Assembly (NCBI RefSeq): GCF_963921235.1
Contig: NC_086108.1
Span: 84,446,001-84,510,000, forward strand
Reading direction: 5' to 3'
Origin: Mobula hypostoma
Taxonomy: Eukaryota
Length of the DNA stretch: 64,000 nt
Positions 13,000-27,420 of this stretch are shown piece after piece. A model generated the notes under the pieces. It made no database searches, was not told the origin of the DNA, and was given only the letters and a program-made list of their open reading frames with translations. Every line of letters begins with the position of its first letter. Position 1 is the stretch's first letter. Both the position numbers and the translations under genes were made by a program.

Positions 13000-14480
13000 G
13001 GTAGTAAATTCTGGATTGTTACCTGTGCCACGCACCAGAGAGGGTAGAAACAAGATGATTTGGCAGGTAAATACGTTGCTGAGAAGCTGGTGCAGGGGGC
13101 AGGGCTTCAGGTACTTTGATTGTTGGGCCATCTTCTGGGGGAGATATGACCTGTACAAAAGGGACGGGTTGTATCTGAACCTGGGGTGGCAAATGTTCCC
13201 GCAGGCAAGTTTGTTAGTGCTGTTGGGGAAGGTTTAAACTAATCGGCAGGAGGATGGGAACTAGAGTGAAGGGACTCAGGATAGGACAGATGGTTAAAAA
13301 AAAACAAAGATTGCGTTCAGTCAGGCTGTCAGGAAGGGTAGACAGATGACAGGACAAAATTTCAGCCAGCAGGGTGAGTATCAGTGCATTAGGGATACAG
13401 AATCAAAAAGGGTAGCAAATACAGTACTCAGAGTGTGATATCACAATGCATGGAGTATAAATAATATGGTAGACTATCTTGTTGCAATTTTACAGATTGT
13501 CGAGTAAGATGTTATGGCCATCACAAAATTTTGGCTGAAGGATGGTTGTAATTGGAGCTGAATGTCCAAGGTTACTCATTGTACTGGAGGGATAGGAAGG
13601 TAGGCAGAGGGGTGAGGCTCTGCTGGTAAAGGAAGGCATCAAGTTATTGGAAAGATGTGACAAAGGATCGGAAGATGTTGAAACCTTGTAGGTCGAGTTA
13701 AGAAACTGCAAGGGTAAAATGACCCTGATGGTTGTTATATACAGGCCTCCAAACAGTAGCTGGGATGTGGATTACAAAATACAATGGGAAACAGAAAAGG
13801 CATGTCAAAAGGGCAATTTTATGGTCGTCATGTGAGATTTTAACATACAGGTAAATTGGGAAAATCAGCTTGGTAATGGATCTCAAAAGACTGAATTTGT
13901 TGAATGCCTATGAGACAGCTTTTTACAGCAGTTTATCGTTGAGCCTACTAGGAGATCAGCTACACTGGATTGGGTGTGTGTAATGAACTGGATGTAATTA
14001 GGGAGCTTAAGGTAAAAGAACCCTTAGAAGACAGTGATCACAATATGATTGAGTTCAACTTGAGATTTGATAGGGTGAAAGTAGAGTCTGACATAGCAGT
14101 AATTCAGTGGAGTAAAGGAAATTATGGTGGTATGAGAAAGAAGATGGCCAAAGTAAACTGGAAGGAGATGCAGGCAGGGATGACAGCAGAACTGCAGTGG
14201 CTTGAGTTCTGGGAAAAAAAGAGGAAGGTGCAGGATAGATGTATTCCAGAATGAAGAAATACTCAAATGGCAAAATAGTACAACTATGAATGACAAAGGA
14301 AGTCAAAGTTAATGTAAAGGCAAAAGCAAGGGGATACAACAAAGCAAAACTTAGTGGGAAGATAGAGGATTGGGAAGCTTTTAAAATGAGATGAATATGA
14401 AAGCAAACTAGCAAACAATATCAAGATGGATAGAAAAAGCTTTTTCAAGTATTTAAAAAATAAAAGAGAGATGAAAGTAT
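13000..14480 (+). mobile_element. CR1 LINE: ORF1 esterase-like C-terminus and ORF2 endonuclease
   Basis: LPVPR..WCRGQGFRY..DLYKRDGLYLN (SGNH esterase-type ORF1 motif), VIYRPPNS, EPLEDSDHNMIEF. Confidence 0.85.
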
Positions 14481-15250
14481 TTTTGATCCATTTAGAAAAT
14501 GATCAACCCTATCATTTCTTCTACCAAAGTGCATGACCATAAACTTCCCAACATTTGTACTCCATCTGCCACTTCTTTGCCTGTTCTCTACTTCCTCAAA
14601 ACTAACTGCTCCTCCACCTATCTTCAAACTTTGCAACAAAGCCATCAATTCCATCATTCAAATCATTAACATGTACTATAAAATGAACCGGTCTCAACAC
14701 AGACACCTGTCGAACACCACTCATCATCAGCAGCCAGCCAAAAAAGGTGCCCTTTATTCCCACTCTTTGCCTCCTGCCAAGTAGCCACTTCTTTATCCAT
14801 GCTAGAATCTTTCCTGTAATACCATGGGCTCGTAGCTTGTTAAGCAGCCTCATCCTTAAGCAGACCTTGCCAAAGGCCTTCTGAAAATCTACGTACACTA
14901 CATCAACCAATTTTTCTTTTGTCCATCCTGCTTGTAACTTCTTCAAAGAATTCCAAAAGGTTTGTCAGGCAAAATTTTCCCTTGAGGAAACTATGGCCTA
15001 TTTTATCATGTGCCTCCAGGTACCCTGAGACCTCATCCTTAATAATTGACTCCAGCATCCTCCCAACCACTGAGGTCAGAATAACTGGCCTATAGTTTCC
15101 TTTCTTCTGCCTCTCTCCTTTCTTGAACAGTGGAGTGACATTTGTAATTTTCCAGACTTCCGGAACCATTCCAGAATCTAACTATTCTTGAAAGATAATT
15201 ACTGATGCTTCTCTGATCTCTTCAGTCACTTCTTTCAGAACTATCAGATC
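14481..15250 (-). mobile_element. CR1 RT fragment in opposite orientation
   Basis: WKITNVTPLFKKG..GNYRPV, CLTNLLEFFEEVT, YVDFQKAF. Confidence 0.85.
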
Positions 15251-15259
15251 CAGGTGACT

Positions 15260-16060
15260 TATCTACCATCAGACATTTCAGTTTTCCAAGAACCTGCTCA
15301 AACACTTTGCTGCTGCTTGTTTTTACTAGCCCTGACATGTACCTGCCCCTGCATTCCTCCACCCCCTGCAGCATCCATACTTTTTGCTAAGGTGAGCGCC
15401 CACAGGGAATCCTGCGCGAACTGCTTACCCCCCTTACTTCCACCAGTCACCCATCCACTGTCTGAAGCCTACATTATGTGTGTGACTGCTTCTAAAAAGC
15501 TTCATTTATGAGTTTTTAAGCCTCCTGGATGGCCCTGAGTACATCTAGCTACAGCTCCACTTCCTTAACCTGGTCAGTCAGGAGCTGAAACTGCATGCAC
15601 TTCCTGCAGACGTAGTCCTCAGGGAGACAGATACCGTGAAATTGCACATCTCACAGGAGGAACAATCCACCATCTTAACTGTCCTCCCTACACTAAACTA
15701 GCTACTAAGGATTTCCAAACAATAAAAATAGCTTACCTGGGCCTTCTGTCTGAAACCTTTGAGGTTTGCACTCAGCTCGGTCACTTACTCAGCCTCTTAT
15801 TACCAAGCTTGGCTCCAACTTCTCAAGTCCAGGTTCCACGATCAAAACAAATGATAACAACTCAGCACCCTTAGCCTCTGTCTGTTCTTGTCAAAGCCTG
15901 TTTAGCCCAAGCCTGACACTCTAACATGGCCCACTCCAACAATGGGCGCTCCCTCAACAATCACTCCGCTTACACCTTCCTTCTTTTTATTGGCTCAAAT
16001 AAAACTCACCCCCGATGAGACGTGCCCTTTACCAATGGCTCCTAACTTGCAACAATGGTG
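15260..16060 (-). mobile_element. CR1 ORF1 N-terminus and probable 5' UTR
   Basis: Minus-strand GICLPEDYVCRKCMQFQLLTDQVKEVEL (Cys motif plus coiled coil) near 15550-15640. Confidence 0.55.
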
Positions 16061-16530
16061 CTATCTCGCTCGTTAATTCAAAGCTTTAGCATAACATTTT
16101 ATTCCATCAACTTTCCACACATCTATTGATACCATCTCTACCATCAGCCTGTGCTCTGACATCCTTTAACCAGGCCTCATTCTCTCACTGCCCTCTAGGA
16201 ACACTGGAATAGAAATTGGCAATTGATCCACTGGGGCTGTTCTATCATCCAATGAGATTAAGGCTGATTTTAGAACAAACTCAGCATGTTTTCCTTCCCT
16301 CCCCCAGACACACACCCATTTGTCATCATTGTAGTCACAGACAAATACAATATGGAGACAGATCATTTGTCCCACTGGTGGTTGATGATTAATGTGGCCT
16401 CAATCTATTTTAATCCTACGTCAATCTATTTTTTTTAATTCTCCTCTGAATATACCAGTCATCTACACACTAGGGACAATTTGTTTACCAACCTGCACAT
16501 CTTTGAAGTGTGGGAGGGAATATTGGAAAA

Positions 16531-17104
16531 TGTAAACGCATTCATTGTATTTTCTATGTATTACAATATTTACTCAACAGTATTTCAGTATTTACTCAAA
16601 TGCACACATTATATTTTCTATATTTACTATGTAACCACTGCTAGCTGAATAGAGGGTATTCACTATGTAGCCATGACTTTTGACCTAATCACTATTAATT
16701 CATGAAGAGAACTAGAATGAAACCAAGTAGAAAGATATCGGTGGCGAGTAAGGTAATGAAATATGTGGTAGTATGTCACAACAAGACTAATTAAGAAATA
16801 ACTGGTTAGGGATGAGGAGACACCTGGTCTAAAATGTAAACTAGGACATAATTAAGTTGGGGAGTAAAACAATAGTGCAAAGTCAAGAGCACATATATTG
16901 ATGATATGTAATCACAGGCCGACTAGATATGATAATGTAGCTAAGATAGGAAATTGCTATAAAAATGCTGTGTACAAGCCTCAGGGGGCAGTCAGCAACT
17001 ACCTTTCTGATTGTCTCAGCTTTGATTTGCAAATTAAAGTTTAAAACTTCTTGAAGGATTTTCTGCGTCTCCTTGTCGTTTGTGAGAAACGAGAAACCAC
17101 GACA
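16531..17104 (+). mobile_element. Probable solo LTR inserted in a SINE
   Basis: tgt...gaca termini, TATAAAAA near 16958, ATTAAA near 17033; SINE halves on both sides; TSD not clean. Confidence 0.55.
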
Positions 17105-17330
17105 GGAACTACAATGCCCAGCAGAAACCCAGAGAGAACATACAAACTACAAACAACTATCACTTGAGGCCAAAATTGAACCCAGGTCTCTGGCATGCAA
17201 GGTAGGGGGTTCGCCACCTATTTGCCTTGATCTCTTTGTTTAACGCCAATCTACACGTCAGATTTAAAATTAACAAGTGACCTAGCTGCTTTCTGTGAAA
17301 GGAATTTCTAAATTGAGATACAACTGGCTT

Positions 17331-17790
17331 CATAGAACATAAAACATCGAAATCTACAGCACATTAACAGGCCCTTCAGCCCACAATGTTGTGCCAACCA
17401 TGTAACCTAATCTAGAAACTGCCTAGTATTTCCCTAGCGCATAGCCCTCTATTTTTCTAAGCTCCATGTGCCTACCTAAGAAGCTCTTAAAGGACGTTAT
17501 TGTATCCACTTCCAGCACCACTCTCTCTCCCTGTGAAGAACTTAACCCTGACATCCCCTTGGTACCGATTGCCAAACACCTTAAAGCTATGCCCTGTCAA
17601 GTTAGCCATTTCAGCCCTGGGAAAAAGCCTCCGGCTATCCACATGATCAATGCCCCTCATCATCCTATACACCTCTATCAGGTCACCTCTCATCCTCCAT
17701 TGCTCCAAGGAGAAAAGGCCAAGTACACTAAAGTTATTCTCATAAGGTATGCCCTCCAATCCAGGCAACATCCTTGTAATTCTCTATAGT
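17331..17790 (-). mobile_element. CR1 3' end
   Basis: MRGDLIEVYRMMRGIDHVD; catagaa tail. Confidence 0.85.
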
Positions 17791-18450
17791 TTCCACTGCT
17801 TCACTGCTGATAAGGGAAAGGGAAAAACTGCCAAGGCTCTTGCTCACAAAGTTGATCAGTAAGTTCTGTCAAAGGACCTGTGTGGTTAAGTCAACTATGA
17901 CAGTACCACAAATAAGTTAATGTTCACAACAGAAGTGAGGCGAGGTGAGTCAGTGTGCCCATCACCTAGAGTGAAGAAGACCTGAGGTTCAATCAGTTTC
18001 AGTGCCTTGCTGAATCAGAAAGGTCAGGTGTAGGCCAAATCGAGGCAGCAAGCTGCAGGCTCCAGAGCATATTGAAACAACTGAAGCCAGCGTCTGGATG
18101 ACGATTTAAGAGACATGCCGAATTGAGGCGGCAGGATCTAAGCCCCAGAGCACATTAAGTTAACTGAACCCAATGTTGGATGACAACTTAGGTGCCAGGT
18201 GCCAAACTGAAAAGACCAGGGTGTCGGGGCCCAAGGCGAGGGATGTACTAGTTCAGCTTGCTGCTCCGGTCTGTGTCCATGGACAAAATCCCTCTATGGA
18301 CTTCAGTTCAGAATGCTTACTTGCTTGCATTCATTGCTTGCAGGATTTGTTTTTCTCTCGGCACATTGGGTGGTTGACTGTCGTGCTTTTTTAATGGGCT
18401 TTGTTTCGTGACTGACTGTTAGGACACAAATCTCAAGGTATGTATACATA

Positions 18451-20161
18451 AACATGAGAAAAATCTGCAGATCCTGGAAATCCAAATTAACACACACAAA
18501 ATACTGGAGGAACTCAGCAGGCCAGGCAGCATCTGTGGAAAAGAGTAAACAGCTGACGTTTTGGACCGAGACCCTTCATCAGGACTGGAAACAAAGTGGA
18601 GAAGTCAGAGTAAGAAGGTGGGGAGGTGGCAGGTGATAAGTGAAACCAGGAGGGTGAAGTAAAGAGCTGTAAAGTTGATCCGGGAAAGAGATACAGGGCT
18701 GGAGAAGGGGGAATCTGACAGGAGAGGACAGAAGACCATGGAATAAGGGAAAGGGGAGGAGAACCAGCACGAGGTGATGGCCAGGTAAGAAGATAAGGTG
18801 AGAGAGGGGAACAGGAATGGGGAATAGTGAAAAAGGGGAGGTGGAGTGGAGTGCAATTACCTGAAGTTCGAGAAATTAATGATCATGCCATCAGGTTGGA
18901 GGCTACCCAGATGGAATATATAAGATGTTCCTCCTCCAACCTGAAGGTAGCCTCCTCATGGCAGTAGAGTAGGCCGTGGACTGACATGTTGGAATGGTAA
19001 TGGGAAGTAGAATTGAAACGGGTGACCATCGGAAGATCCTGCTTTTTGTGGTGGATGTAACAAAGGTGCTCAACGAAGCAGACTCTCAATCTACGTCAGG
19101 TCTCATCGATATACAAGAAGTCGTACCAGAAGCACCAGACACAGTAGACGACCCCAACAGACTTGCAAGTGAAGATCCGCCTCACCTGGAAGGACTGCTT
19201 CGGGCCCTGAATGGGAGTGACGGAGGAGATGTGGCACTTCTCCCGCCTGCAACGATAAGTACCAGGAGAGAGATCAGTGGGGAGGGACGACTGGACAAGG
19301 GAGTTGTGTAGAGAATGATCCCTGCAGAAAGCGGAAAGTTGGGGGCGGGGGGGGGGAGATGTGCCTGGGGGTGAGATCCCATTGGAAATTGCGGAAGTTA
19401 TGGATAATTATATGCTGGACATGGAGGCTAGTGGGGTGGTAGGTGAGGACAAGAGGAACCCTATCCCTGGTGTGGAGGCAAGAGGATGGGGTCAGGGCAG
19501 CATTGATAGTGGTGAAAGGAAAGCCCCTTTCCCTGAAGGAGAACATGTCAGTTATTCTGGAATGAAATGAAATGGAATGAAAAGCAGATGTGGTGAAGAC
19601 GGAGGAACTGAGAGAAGGGGATGGTGTTTTTACAAGTGACAGAGTGGGAAGAGGGATAGTCCAGGTGGCTGTAAGAATCAGTCTCCAGAGACAGAGAGAT
19701 CAAGAAAGGAGAGATAGAGATGTCAGAAATAGACCAAGTAAATTTGAGGGCAGGGTGGAAGTTGGAGGCAAATTTGATGAAATTGACGAGCTCAGCATGG
19801 ATGCAGAAAGCAGCTCCACTACATTTGTTGATGTAGTGTAGGAAGAGTTGGGGAGCCATGTTGGTGTAGGCTTGGAACCTGGTCTTCTGTTCTCTCCTAT
19901 CAGATTCCCCCATTCTCCAGCCCTTAATCTCTTTCACCAATCAACTTTCCAGCTCTTAACTTCACCCTCTCCCCCTCTCCTGGTTTCATCTATCACCTGC
20001 TAACTTACACTTCTTTCTTTCCTGCCCCCAGCTTCTTTCTCTGACCTCCCCTTCCTTTCCACTCCTGACGAAGGGTCTCAGCCCAAAATGTTGACTGTTT
20101 ACTCTTTTCCACAGATGCTGCTTGGCCTGCTCAGTTCCTCCAGCATTTTGTGTGTGTTATA
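18451..20161 (-). mobile_element. Penelope-like element with inverted terminal repeats and 11-bp TSD
   Basis: RT/GIY-YIG remnants (NFHPALKFTW, HSHLDY-like, IPFSQFLRL, RDRVPLVLTYHP, RFVEH-like, EEEHLIY). Arms ~18490-18740 and ~19880-20158 are inverted. TSD atgtatacata at 18440-18450 and 20162-20172. Confidence 0.85.
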
Positions 20162-22310
20162 ATGTATACATACTTTGATAAAAAATGTACTTTGAACTCT
20201 GAGGAATAAATTGAAAAGTTATTGCTTGCTGGAAATTTGAAATAAAAGCAGAAAATAACAAAAACACAATAGGTCAGCAGCACTGTGGAAAGAGACATAG
20301 TCAATGCTTCCGGTTAAAAGAACCACATAAATATTGCATGTTACACAAACACCCACTTGGTTGAAATGCCAATTCACTAGGATCTATCCCTCAGAAGGAT
20401 GTGAACAGCTTCAGGCCAGAAAAGGAGAGTGAAAATTGGGAAAGAAAACAAATTATCCTGCCAACATATTATCAATTAAATGTGAAGTATTTAGTTGTGA
20501 GAGAAAAGTTAAAAGCATATCCTTCTGAAAATCACTGTTAACAGTACCAATTTCAACTGCAGTAGGATTTTTCGCCCAATCAGCTGCCACAGTAACCTTC
20601 TACACATCACAATGACACCCCTTCACAAGGCTGTGAAAGGTATTGGACTCTAACACTATACTCTCAGAAAAGAGAATTATCAAACTCTGAACATCGTAAT
20701 CCTTTTTCGTAGGTTATTATTCCCACCAGAACTCCTAACTATTAAGCACAAAATAAGAACACACTTCTCAATGACTACCAGAACAGCTGGAATATTAAAT
20801 CAAAATCAGGATGTTCTGCCAAATATCACAGCAGCTGGATCATCCAATTCCAAACCAAAGCACTTCTTATTTATGCCATTCAGAACAAATTAAAAACATA
20901 CTACAATTAACCAAACTAATATCCAACAAGGCAGAGATAAAACTACAGCATTTTCTGAAGTTCAGCAGTGTGGATGTGACTGGCAGACTAATGGGGCTAA
21001 CGAAAATATTAGCATTTTTTCTCCACATCTCTACAGAGAAATTACTTAATGGAACACCACCTGACTGAGAGATTTTTCTCAACGGACTCTAGATAAAATT
21101 GTGCATTCACTTGTTTTGGCATAGCTCCCACTACAAATTTGATATCAAAATTAAATATGATTGGGGTTCTAATGTTCTTCGGTCATTCATTTTTTGGGGG
21201 TTTCTTCTGTTTTGTGGATGTCTGCTAAGAGTAAGAATTTCAGGCTGTATACCGTGTACATTCTCCAATAATAAATGGAACCATTGAACCATTGACAGAT
21301 AGCATCATAAACTGACCAATGATCAGTGATGCTTGCATGATGGTAACATTATTGCAAAAATGCAATGACAGTGTTTCACATTCAGCTATAAACAAGGCTT
21401 TTGAAAAACAGAACGAAGTATAGTGAACACAGCTGATCCTGCAGATGCTGAAAGTCCAGAGAAACACAACATGCTGGAGGAACTCGGCAGGTCAGGTAGC
21501 ATCTATGGAGAGGAATGAAGAGTTGACATTCTGAGCTGAGACCTTTCATAAATATGGTGAAATAGCAAACATCTTCAGTTTGAGTTTGAATGGATATGGT
21601 ATCACCTTTTGCCCTTGAAAACTGAAGAATGTCACAATCGAAGTATCTTAATATGATTGTTTCATATATATTTCCTTGTACATTTATGAACTTTTGAGTG
21701 TTAAAACTGCTAGCAATACAGATTATTGTAATATTCAATACTGATGCTTGAAAAATATATTGATACTGTAGCTATTAATGCGGTGACAAACAACTGTGTG
21801 TAAAAGAATTTGTTAACAAGTTTCTGCCCCTAAACTTGGAGTACATATACAAACTAACACTATTATAGGTCAGGATCTGAACAATCATTTGAACTACTTA
21901 GAACAAGATGAAGGGGTAAATTAAGGAATTTCCTGATGACTATCTTATAATAAAAATTGGGGTAGTTTCAAAACAGACAAAACCCCTAAATTAGTTTAGA
22001 AATAGCTACAAAATTTTTCAGGATAAATTAATGGAATTCAGCCAAATTGCCTTTTTATTTATAATAATTTTATGGTTTTGGAATCCAATGGTGTGTAAAT
22101 GGCTGCCAAATTACAGTCAAAGTGCTTATGGCATGCTTTTTCCCCAAGCATAACATTTTCCTAATTCATCACTGCTCTTACATTTCCGACTCAATGGGCC
22201 AAATGGCTTCATTCCTGCTGTTACCGAATCATCTTTCAAACTGAAATTACATTCAATGGGCCAAGTCAACACTTCAAATGTCCTGGACCAAGAGAAAATA
22301 TTGTGAATAA

Positions 22311-22857
22311 ACACCAAAGGTTTGGCAGATCCTGGAAATCCAGAGCAACAAACACAAAATGGTGGAGGAACTCAACAGATCAGGCCAGTGTCTTTGGAAA
22401 GGAAAGAACATTTCAGGCAGAGACCTTTCATCAGGACTGGAATGGAAGCCAGAATAAAGAGGTGGGGGAGGGAAGGAGTGTAAGTTAGCCAGTGATAGGA
22501 GAAACCAGGTTGGGGGAAAGGTGGGTGGGGTAGAAGGAGTGGTTGGGTGGGGGGATGAAACAAGAAACTAGTTACCTGTCCATCACCTCCATCCACTCTC
22601 CACCACCTTTTAGATTCCTTCTTCTTCAGCCTTTATCCTTTCCAGCTTTTCACTTCACGCCCCCCCCCCACCCACATAACTCCCCCCCTCACCCGGATTC
22701 ACCTATTACTTTCCAGCTTGTACTCTTTCTCCTTCTCCCAGCTTCTTCTCCATTCCTTTCCAGTCTTGATGAAGCGTCTCAGCCCAAAACGTCAACTGTT
22801 CATTCCTCTCCATAGATGCTGACAAACTTGCTGAGTTCCTCCATCATTTTGTGTTTG
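22311..22857. mobile_element. Short non-coding Penelope-derived element with inverted termini
   Basis: Two opposed terminal copies; TSD atatt(g/a)tgaataa at 22298-22310 and 22858-22870. Confidence 0.7.
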
Positions 22858-23507
22858 ATATTATGAATAACTAGTGGAGTTTACCAGAGATCAGTTCTTG
22901 GCTTTAAGTTGCTTTCTATTTGCATTAATGCCCCAGAGAAGAAAACACAATGCAAGGTTTCCAAGTTTGCCAATGATACAACAATATGATGAGAACATTG
23001 TGATTCTGCAGCAGGATGCAAACAAGTTGATACAGTAAAAACCTGACAAGATGGTGTCAAGCTACAACATCCGTAGAAATCACAGCTCAGATTTAGCTGT
23101 TTTTTAAAAAAATTCATAGTGATGGTTTTGGGGACAGAGGGGGGAAGGTAAGGGTCAGGTTGGGGTCTAAGGATGGGTACGTGGGGGAATTAGAGGTCAG
23201 GATGGACACCAAGTCTCCGCTCCACTTTCAGAGGCCAGTGGTGCGGACGTGGGACACCCGTGGTCTGATGTCAGATGTCAGGCCAGCATACCAGTGAGGA
23301 TCAGGGCTGGTGAACTTGTCCCCACCCCCACCCCAACCACAGGGTCAGCGTTTCCTGGGGTTAGAGGATTGTCTATCTACGTGGTGGGAGGGAGAAACGG
23401 GATTTGTTCTGCTGTTTATGTTCTGTTGCTTGTTGTGTGTTCTCTTTTGTTATGCTCTGTGTTGTTCTGCCATGCATTGTGGACATTGTATGTAGGGGCC
23501 GGAATGT

Positions 23508-25640
23508 GCATTCCAAAGATTCACTACTCTCTGGCTAAAAAAAATTCCTCCTTACCTCTGTTCTAAAAGGTCGCCCCTCAGCTTTGAGGCTGTGCCCTCA
23601 AGTTCTGGATAACTCCACCATAGGAAACATTCTCTCCACATTCACCTTATCTAGTCACTTCAACATGCAATGAGATCCTCCCACATTCTTCTAAATTCCA
23701 CTGAGTACAAAATGCTCCTCATATGTTAAGTCCCCTATTCCCAGAATCATCCTTGTGAGCGTCCTCTGGACTTTCTCCAATGATAACATATCCTTTCAGA
23801 GATATGGGACCCAAAACTGTTGACAATAAGGTCATATAAGTGCAGCCTAACTAGTGTCTTATAAAGGCTCAGAATTATCTCCTAGTTTTTATATTGTATT
23901 CCACTTGAAATGTATGCCAACATTGCATTTGCTTTCTTTACCACAGACTCAACCTGTAAATTAACCTTTTTGGAGTCTTGCACGAGGACACCCAAGTCTC
24001 TCTGTACCTCTGATGTTTGAATATTCGCCCCATTTAAACAATATTTTGCACTATTGTTCCTTTTACCAAAATGTATTATTGTACATTTCCCAATATTGTA
24101 CTCCATCTGCCAAATTTTTGCCCATTTTCCAATTTGTCTAAGCCTTACTGCAATCACACTGCTTCCTCAGTACTATCTACCCTTTACCTATCTTCGTATC
24201 ATATGCAAACTTTGCCACAAGGTCATCAATTCCATTATCTAAATCACTGACATACAATGTGAAAAGTAGCGGTCCCAATACTGACCCTTGAGGAACAACA
24301 CTAGTCATTAGCAGCCAACCAGAAAAAGCCCCCTTTATTCCAATTTGCAGCCATTTCTCCTGTATCATTCCTGTAATACCATTGGATTTTATCTTGTTAA
24401 GCAGCCTCACATGTGGCATCTTATCCAATGCCATCTGAAAATCCAAGTGAAGGACATCCACTGCCTCTCCCTTCTCTACCTTGCTTGTTACTTCCTCAAA
24501 GAACTCTAACAGATTTGTCAGGCAAGATTTCCCTTTAGAGAAACCATGCTGACTTTGACTTATTTTATCATTAGTCTCCAAGTTCCCCAAAACCTCATCC
24601 TAAATAATAGACTCTAACACTTTCCCAACCACTGAGCTTAGGCTAACTGGGCTATAATTTCCTTTCTTTTGCCTTCCTCCTTTGTTAAAGAGTGGAACGA
24701 CATTTGCAGTTTTGCAGTCCTCCAGGACCATGACAAAATCAAGTGATTCTTGAAAGATTATGACCAATGCATCCATTACCTCTTCAGCAACTTCTCTCAG
24801 GATTCTGGGATGTAGTCAATTTAGACCAGGTGATTTATCCACTTTTCGACCTTTGATTTTGCCTAACACTTTTTCCTCTGTAATAGCAATGACACTCACT
24901 TCTGCTCCCTGACACCCACAGACCTCTGGCACACTGCTAGTGTCTTCCACAGTGAAGACTTTTGCAAGGTACTCATTAAGTTCATCTGCCATTTCTTTGT
25001 CCCCCATTACTACCTCACTAGCATCATTGTCCAGTGGTCAAATATCAACTCTCACATCCCTTTTACTTTATTTTAATAACTGAAAAAACTGAAATTCCTG
25101 CTTTTTTGTGGCTGGTTTGCCTTCCTATTTCATCTTTTCCCTTCTTATAGCTTTTTCAGTTCCCTTTTGTTGGATCTGAAAAGCTTCCCAATCATCCAAC
25201 TTCTCACTCACTTTTGCTACCTTAAATGCCCTTTCCTTGGCTTTTCTGCAGTCCCTAACTTCCCTTGTCAGCCACTTTTGCCTAGCCCTGCCAATTGAGA
25301 AATAAATTTGTCTTTGACGTGTCCTCCTGTGACATATCTATCCTGTGCCTTGTGAACCATTGCCAGAAACTTCAGCCACCCCTGCTTTGCTGTCATCCCC
25401 ACCAGTATCCTCCTCCAATCGACCTGGGCAAGCTACTCTCTCTCACCTCCACACTTCCCTTTATTCCATTGCGATACTGATACATGTGACTTATGTTTCT
25501 CCCTCTCAAACTGCAGTATGAATTCAACTATATTATGATCACTAAGGGTTATTTTACATTAAGCTCCCTAATAAGATCTGGGTTATTATCTAACACCCAG
25601 TCTAAGATAGCCTTTCACCTAGTAGGTTCAAGCACAAACT
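23508..25640 (-). mobile_element. CR1 LINE, long degraded ORF2
   Basis: SQHGFSKGKSCLTNLLEFFEEVT, PQGSVLGPLLF, KFAYDTK, KSPG. Confidence 0.9.
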
Positions 25641-25989
25641 GCTCTAAAATCCATCTTGGCATGGAAAAATCATGGTTATTCTCTGCAACCAAGGAAGACC
25701 CCAGTTTGTGACAATTATGCATACCGCTGAACGCCATCTTCCGAGGTTGAGAAGGTACAACGTCCCCAGTTCCCACTTTAAAGGCTTTTCCACTTTAAAA
25801 CACTCCTGCAAAGGTTCCACTGTCATCGTCAGATACAATAGACAACCAACATGCTGCTATATTCTTTTGATTGATTGTAAATGAACAAAATTAGCACAGG
25901 CACCTAGCAAAGGCAATGCTTTCGAAGATTGCATCCTCCAAATCTTTTCATTGCAAATTCATGATAAGTGTCGATATTTTCAAATTCTT

Positions 25990-26444
25990 GGCATCACACA
26001 AAATGCTGCACGAACTCAGCAGGCCAAGCAGCATCTATGGAAAAAACATAGAAACATAGAAAACCTACAGCACAACACAGGCCCTTCAGCCCACAAACCT
26101 GTGCCGAACATGTCCTTACCTTAGAACTACCTGGGCTTACCCATAGCCCTCTACTTTTCTAAACTCGATCTATCCATCCAGGAGTCTCTTAAAAGACCCT
26201 ACTGTTTCCGCCTCCATGACTGCCGCTGGCAGCCCATTCCACACACTCACCACTCTCTGTGTAAAAAACTTACCCTTGGCATCTCCTCTGTACCTACTTC
26301 CAAGCACCTTAAAACTATGCCCTCTCGTGCTAGCCATTTCAGCCCTGGGAAAAGGCCTCTGACTATCCACATGATCAATGCCTCTCATTGTCTTGTACAG
26401 AGTAAAGAGTCAACATTTCAGGCTGAGGCCCTTCACCAGGACCA
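25990..26444 (-). mobile_element. Penelope terminal fragment, itself interrupted by a CR1 3' end (26047-26400)
   Basis: Flanked by tcaaattctt at 25980-25989 and 26445-26454; CR1 part reads RGIDHVDSQRPFP..RGHSFK. Confidence 0.65.
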
Positions 26445-26960
26445 TCAAATTCTTCTTAGTTCCTAACTTTATGAAGTAGTGAAATTGTTTCCTTTTCACT
26501 CCTGGTTGTTTTGTGCATCTCCAAGCATGACACTGCAGTTTCAGTGAAGAAAACAGTTCTGAATTGTCTCACTGCTTTATTTCTCACCAACTATCAGTGA
26601 CAAAAATCACTGTTCTTTGAACCGAAGCATACACAATTGATGCTATTTAAAAACTGTTTGCTCTTAGCATGGTGTAGTGTCTAACAGCCACACAAGTTCA
26701 CACGACTGACACGAGGAAGAAACTGTTCGGCAACAGTCTCAATTAAGTGGCATAGTGTCTCAAATAAACAATGGGAAGCCTGGCTATTGTCTAGCAGCTG
26801 CCCTAACCCAGTAACATAAACACGAGGAATTCTGCAGATGCTGGAAATTCAAGCAACACACATCAAAGTTGCTGGTGAACGCAGCAGGCCAGGCAGCATC
26901 TCTAGGATCTCTAGGTTAACCCAGTTGACCAGAATCCACAATACATACATATATATATAT

Positions 26961-27420
26961 ATACTCAGTGACCACTTTATTAGGTTCCCCTGTACACTAG
27001 CACATTTATGCAAATATCTAATCAGCTAATCATGTGGCAACAATCAATGCATTAAATCATACCGATATGGTCAAGAGGTTCAGCTGTTCTTCAGGCCAAA
27101 CATCAGAATGGGGAAGAAATGTGATCTAAGTGTCTTTGACCATGGAATGATTGATGGTGGCAGATGGGGTGGTTTGATTATCTCAGAAACTGCTTGGCAT
27201 TTTCATGCACAACAGTCTCTAGAGTTTACAGAGCATAATACTAAAAACCAAAAAGATCCAGTGAGCAGCAGTCCTGTGGGCAAAAACAAGTTATCCTAAG
27301 AGAGGTCAGAGGAGAATGGCTGACTGGTTTAATCTGACAGGAAGATGACAGTTACCCAAACAACCACATGTTACAACAGTAGCGAGCAGAAGACATCTCT
27401 GAACCCACAACACATCAAAC
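26961..27420 (+). mobile_element. Tc1-like non-autonomous element, partial
   Basis: TIR-like ctcagtgaccactttattagg after a TA run; MGKKCDLSVFDHGMI is a Tc1 HTH start; same family as 46198-46719. Confidence 0.7.

Noticed and set aside
22182..22240. Minus-strand exon-like segment (LKDDSVTAGMKPFGPLSRK)
   Set aside because: Its core resembles the reverse CR1/SINE tail (gcagaattaggccattcggcccat), so it is more likely repeat debris.
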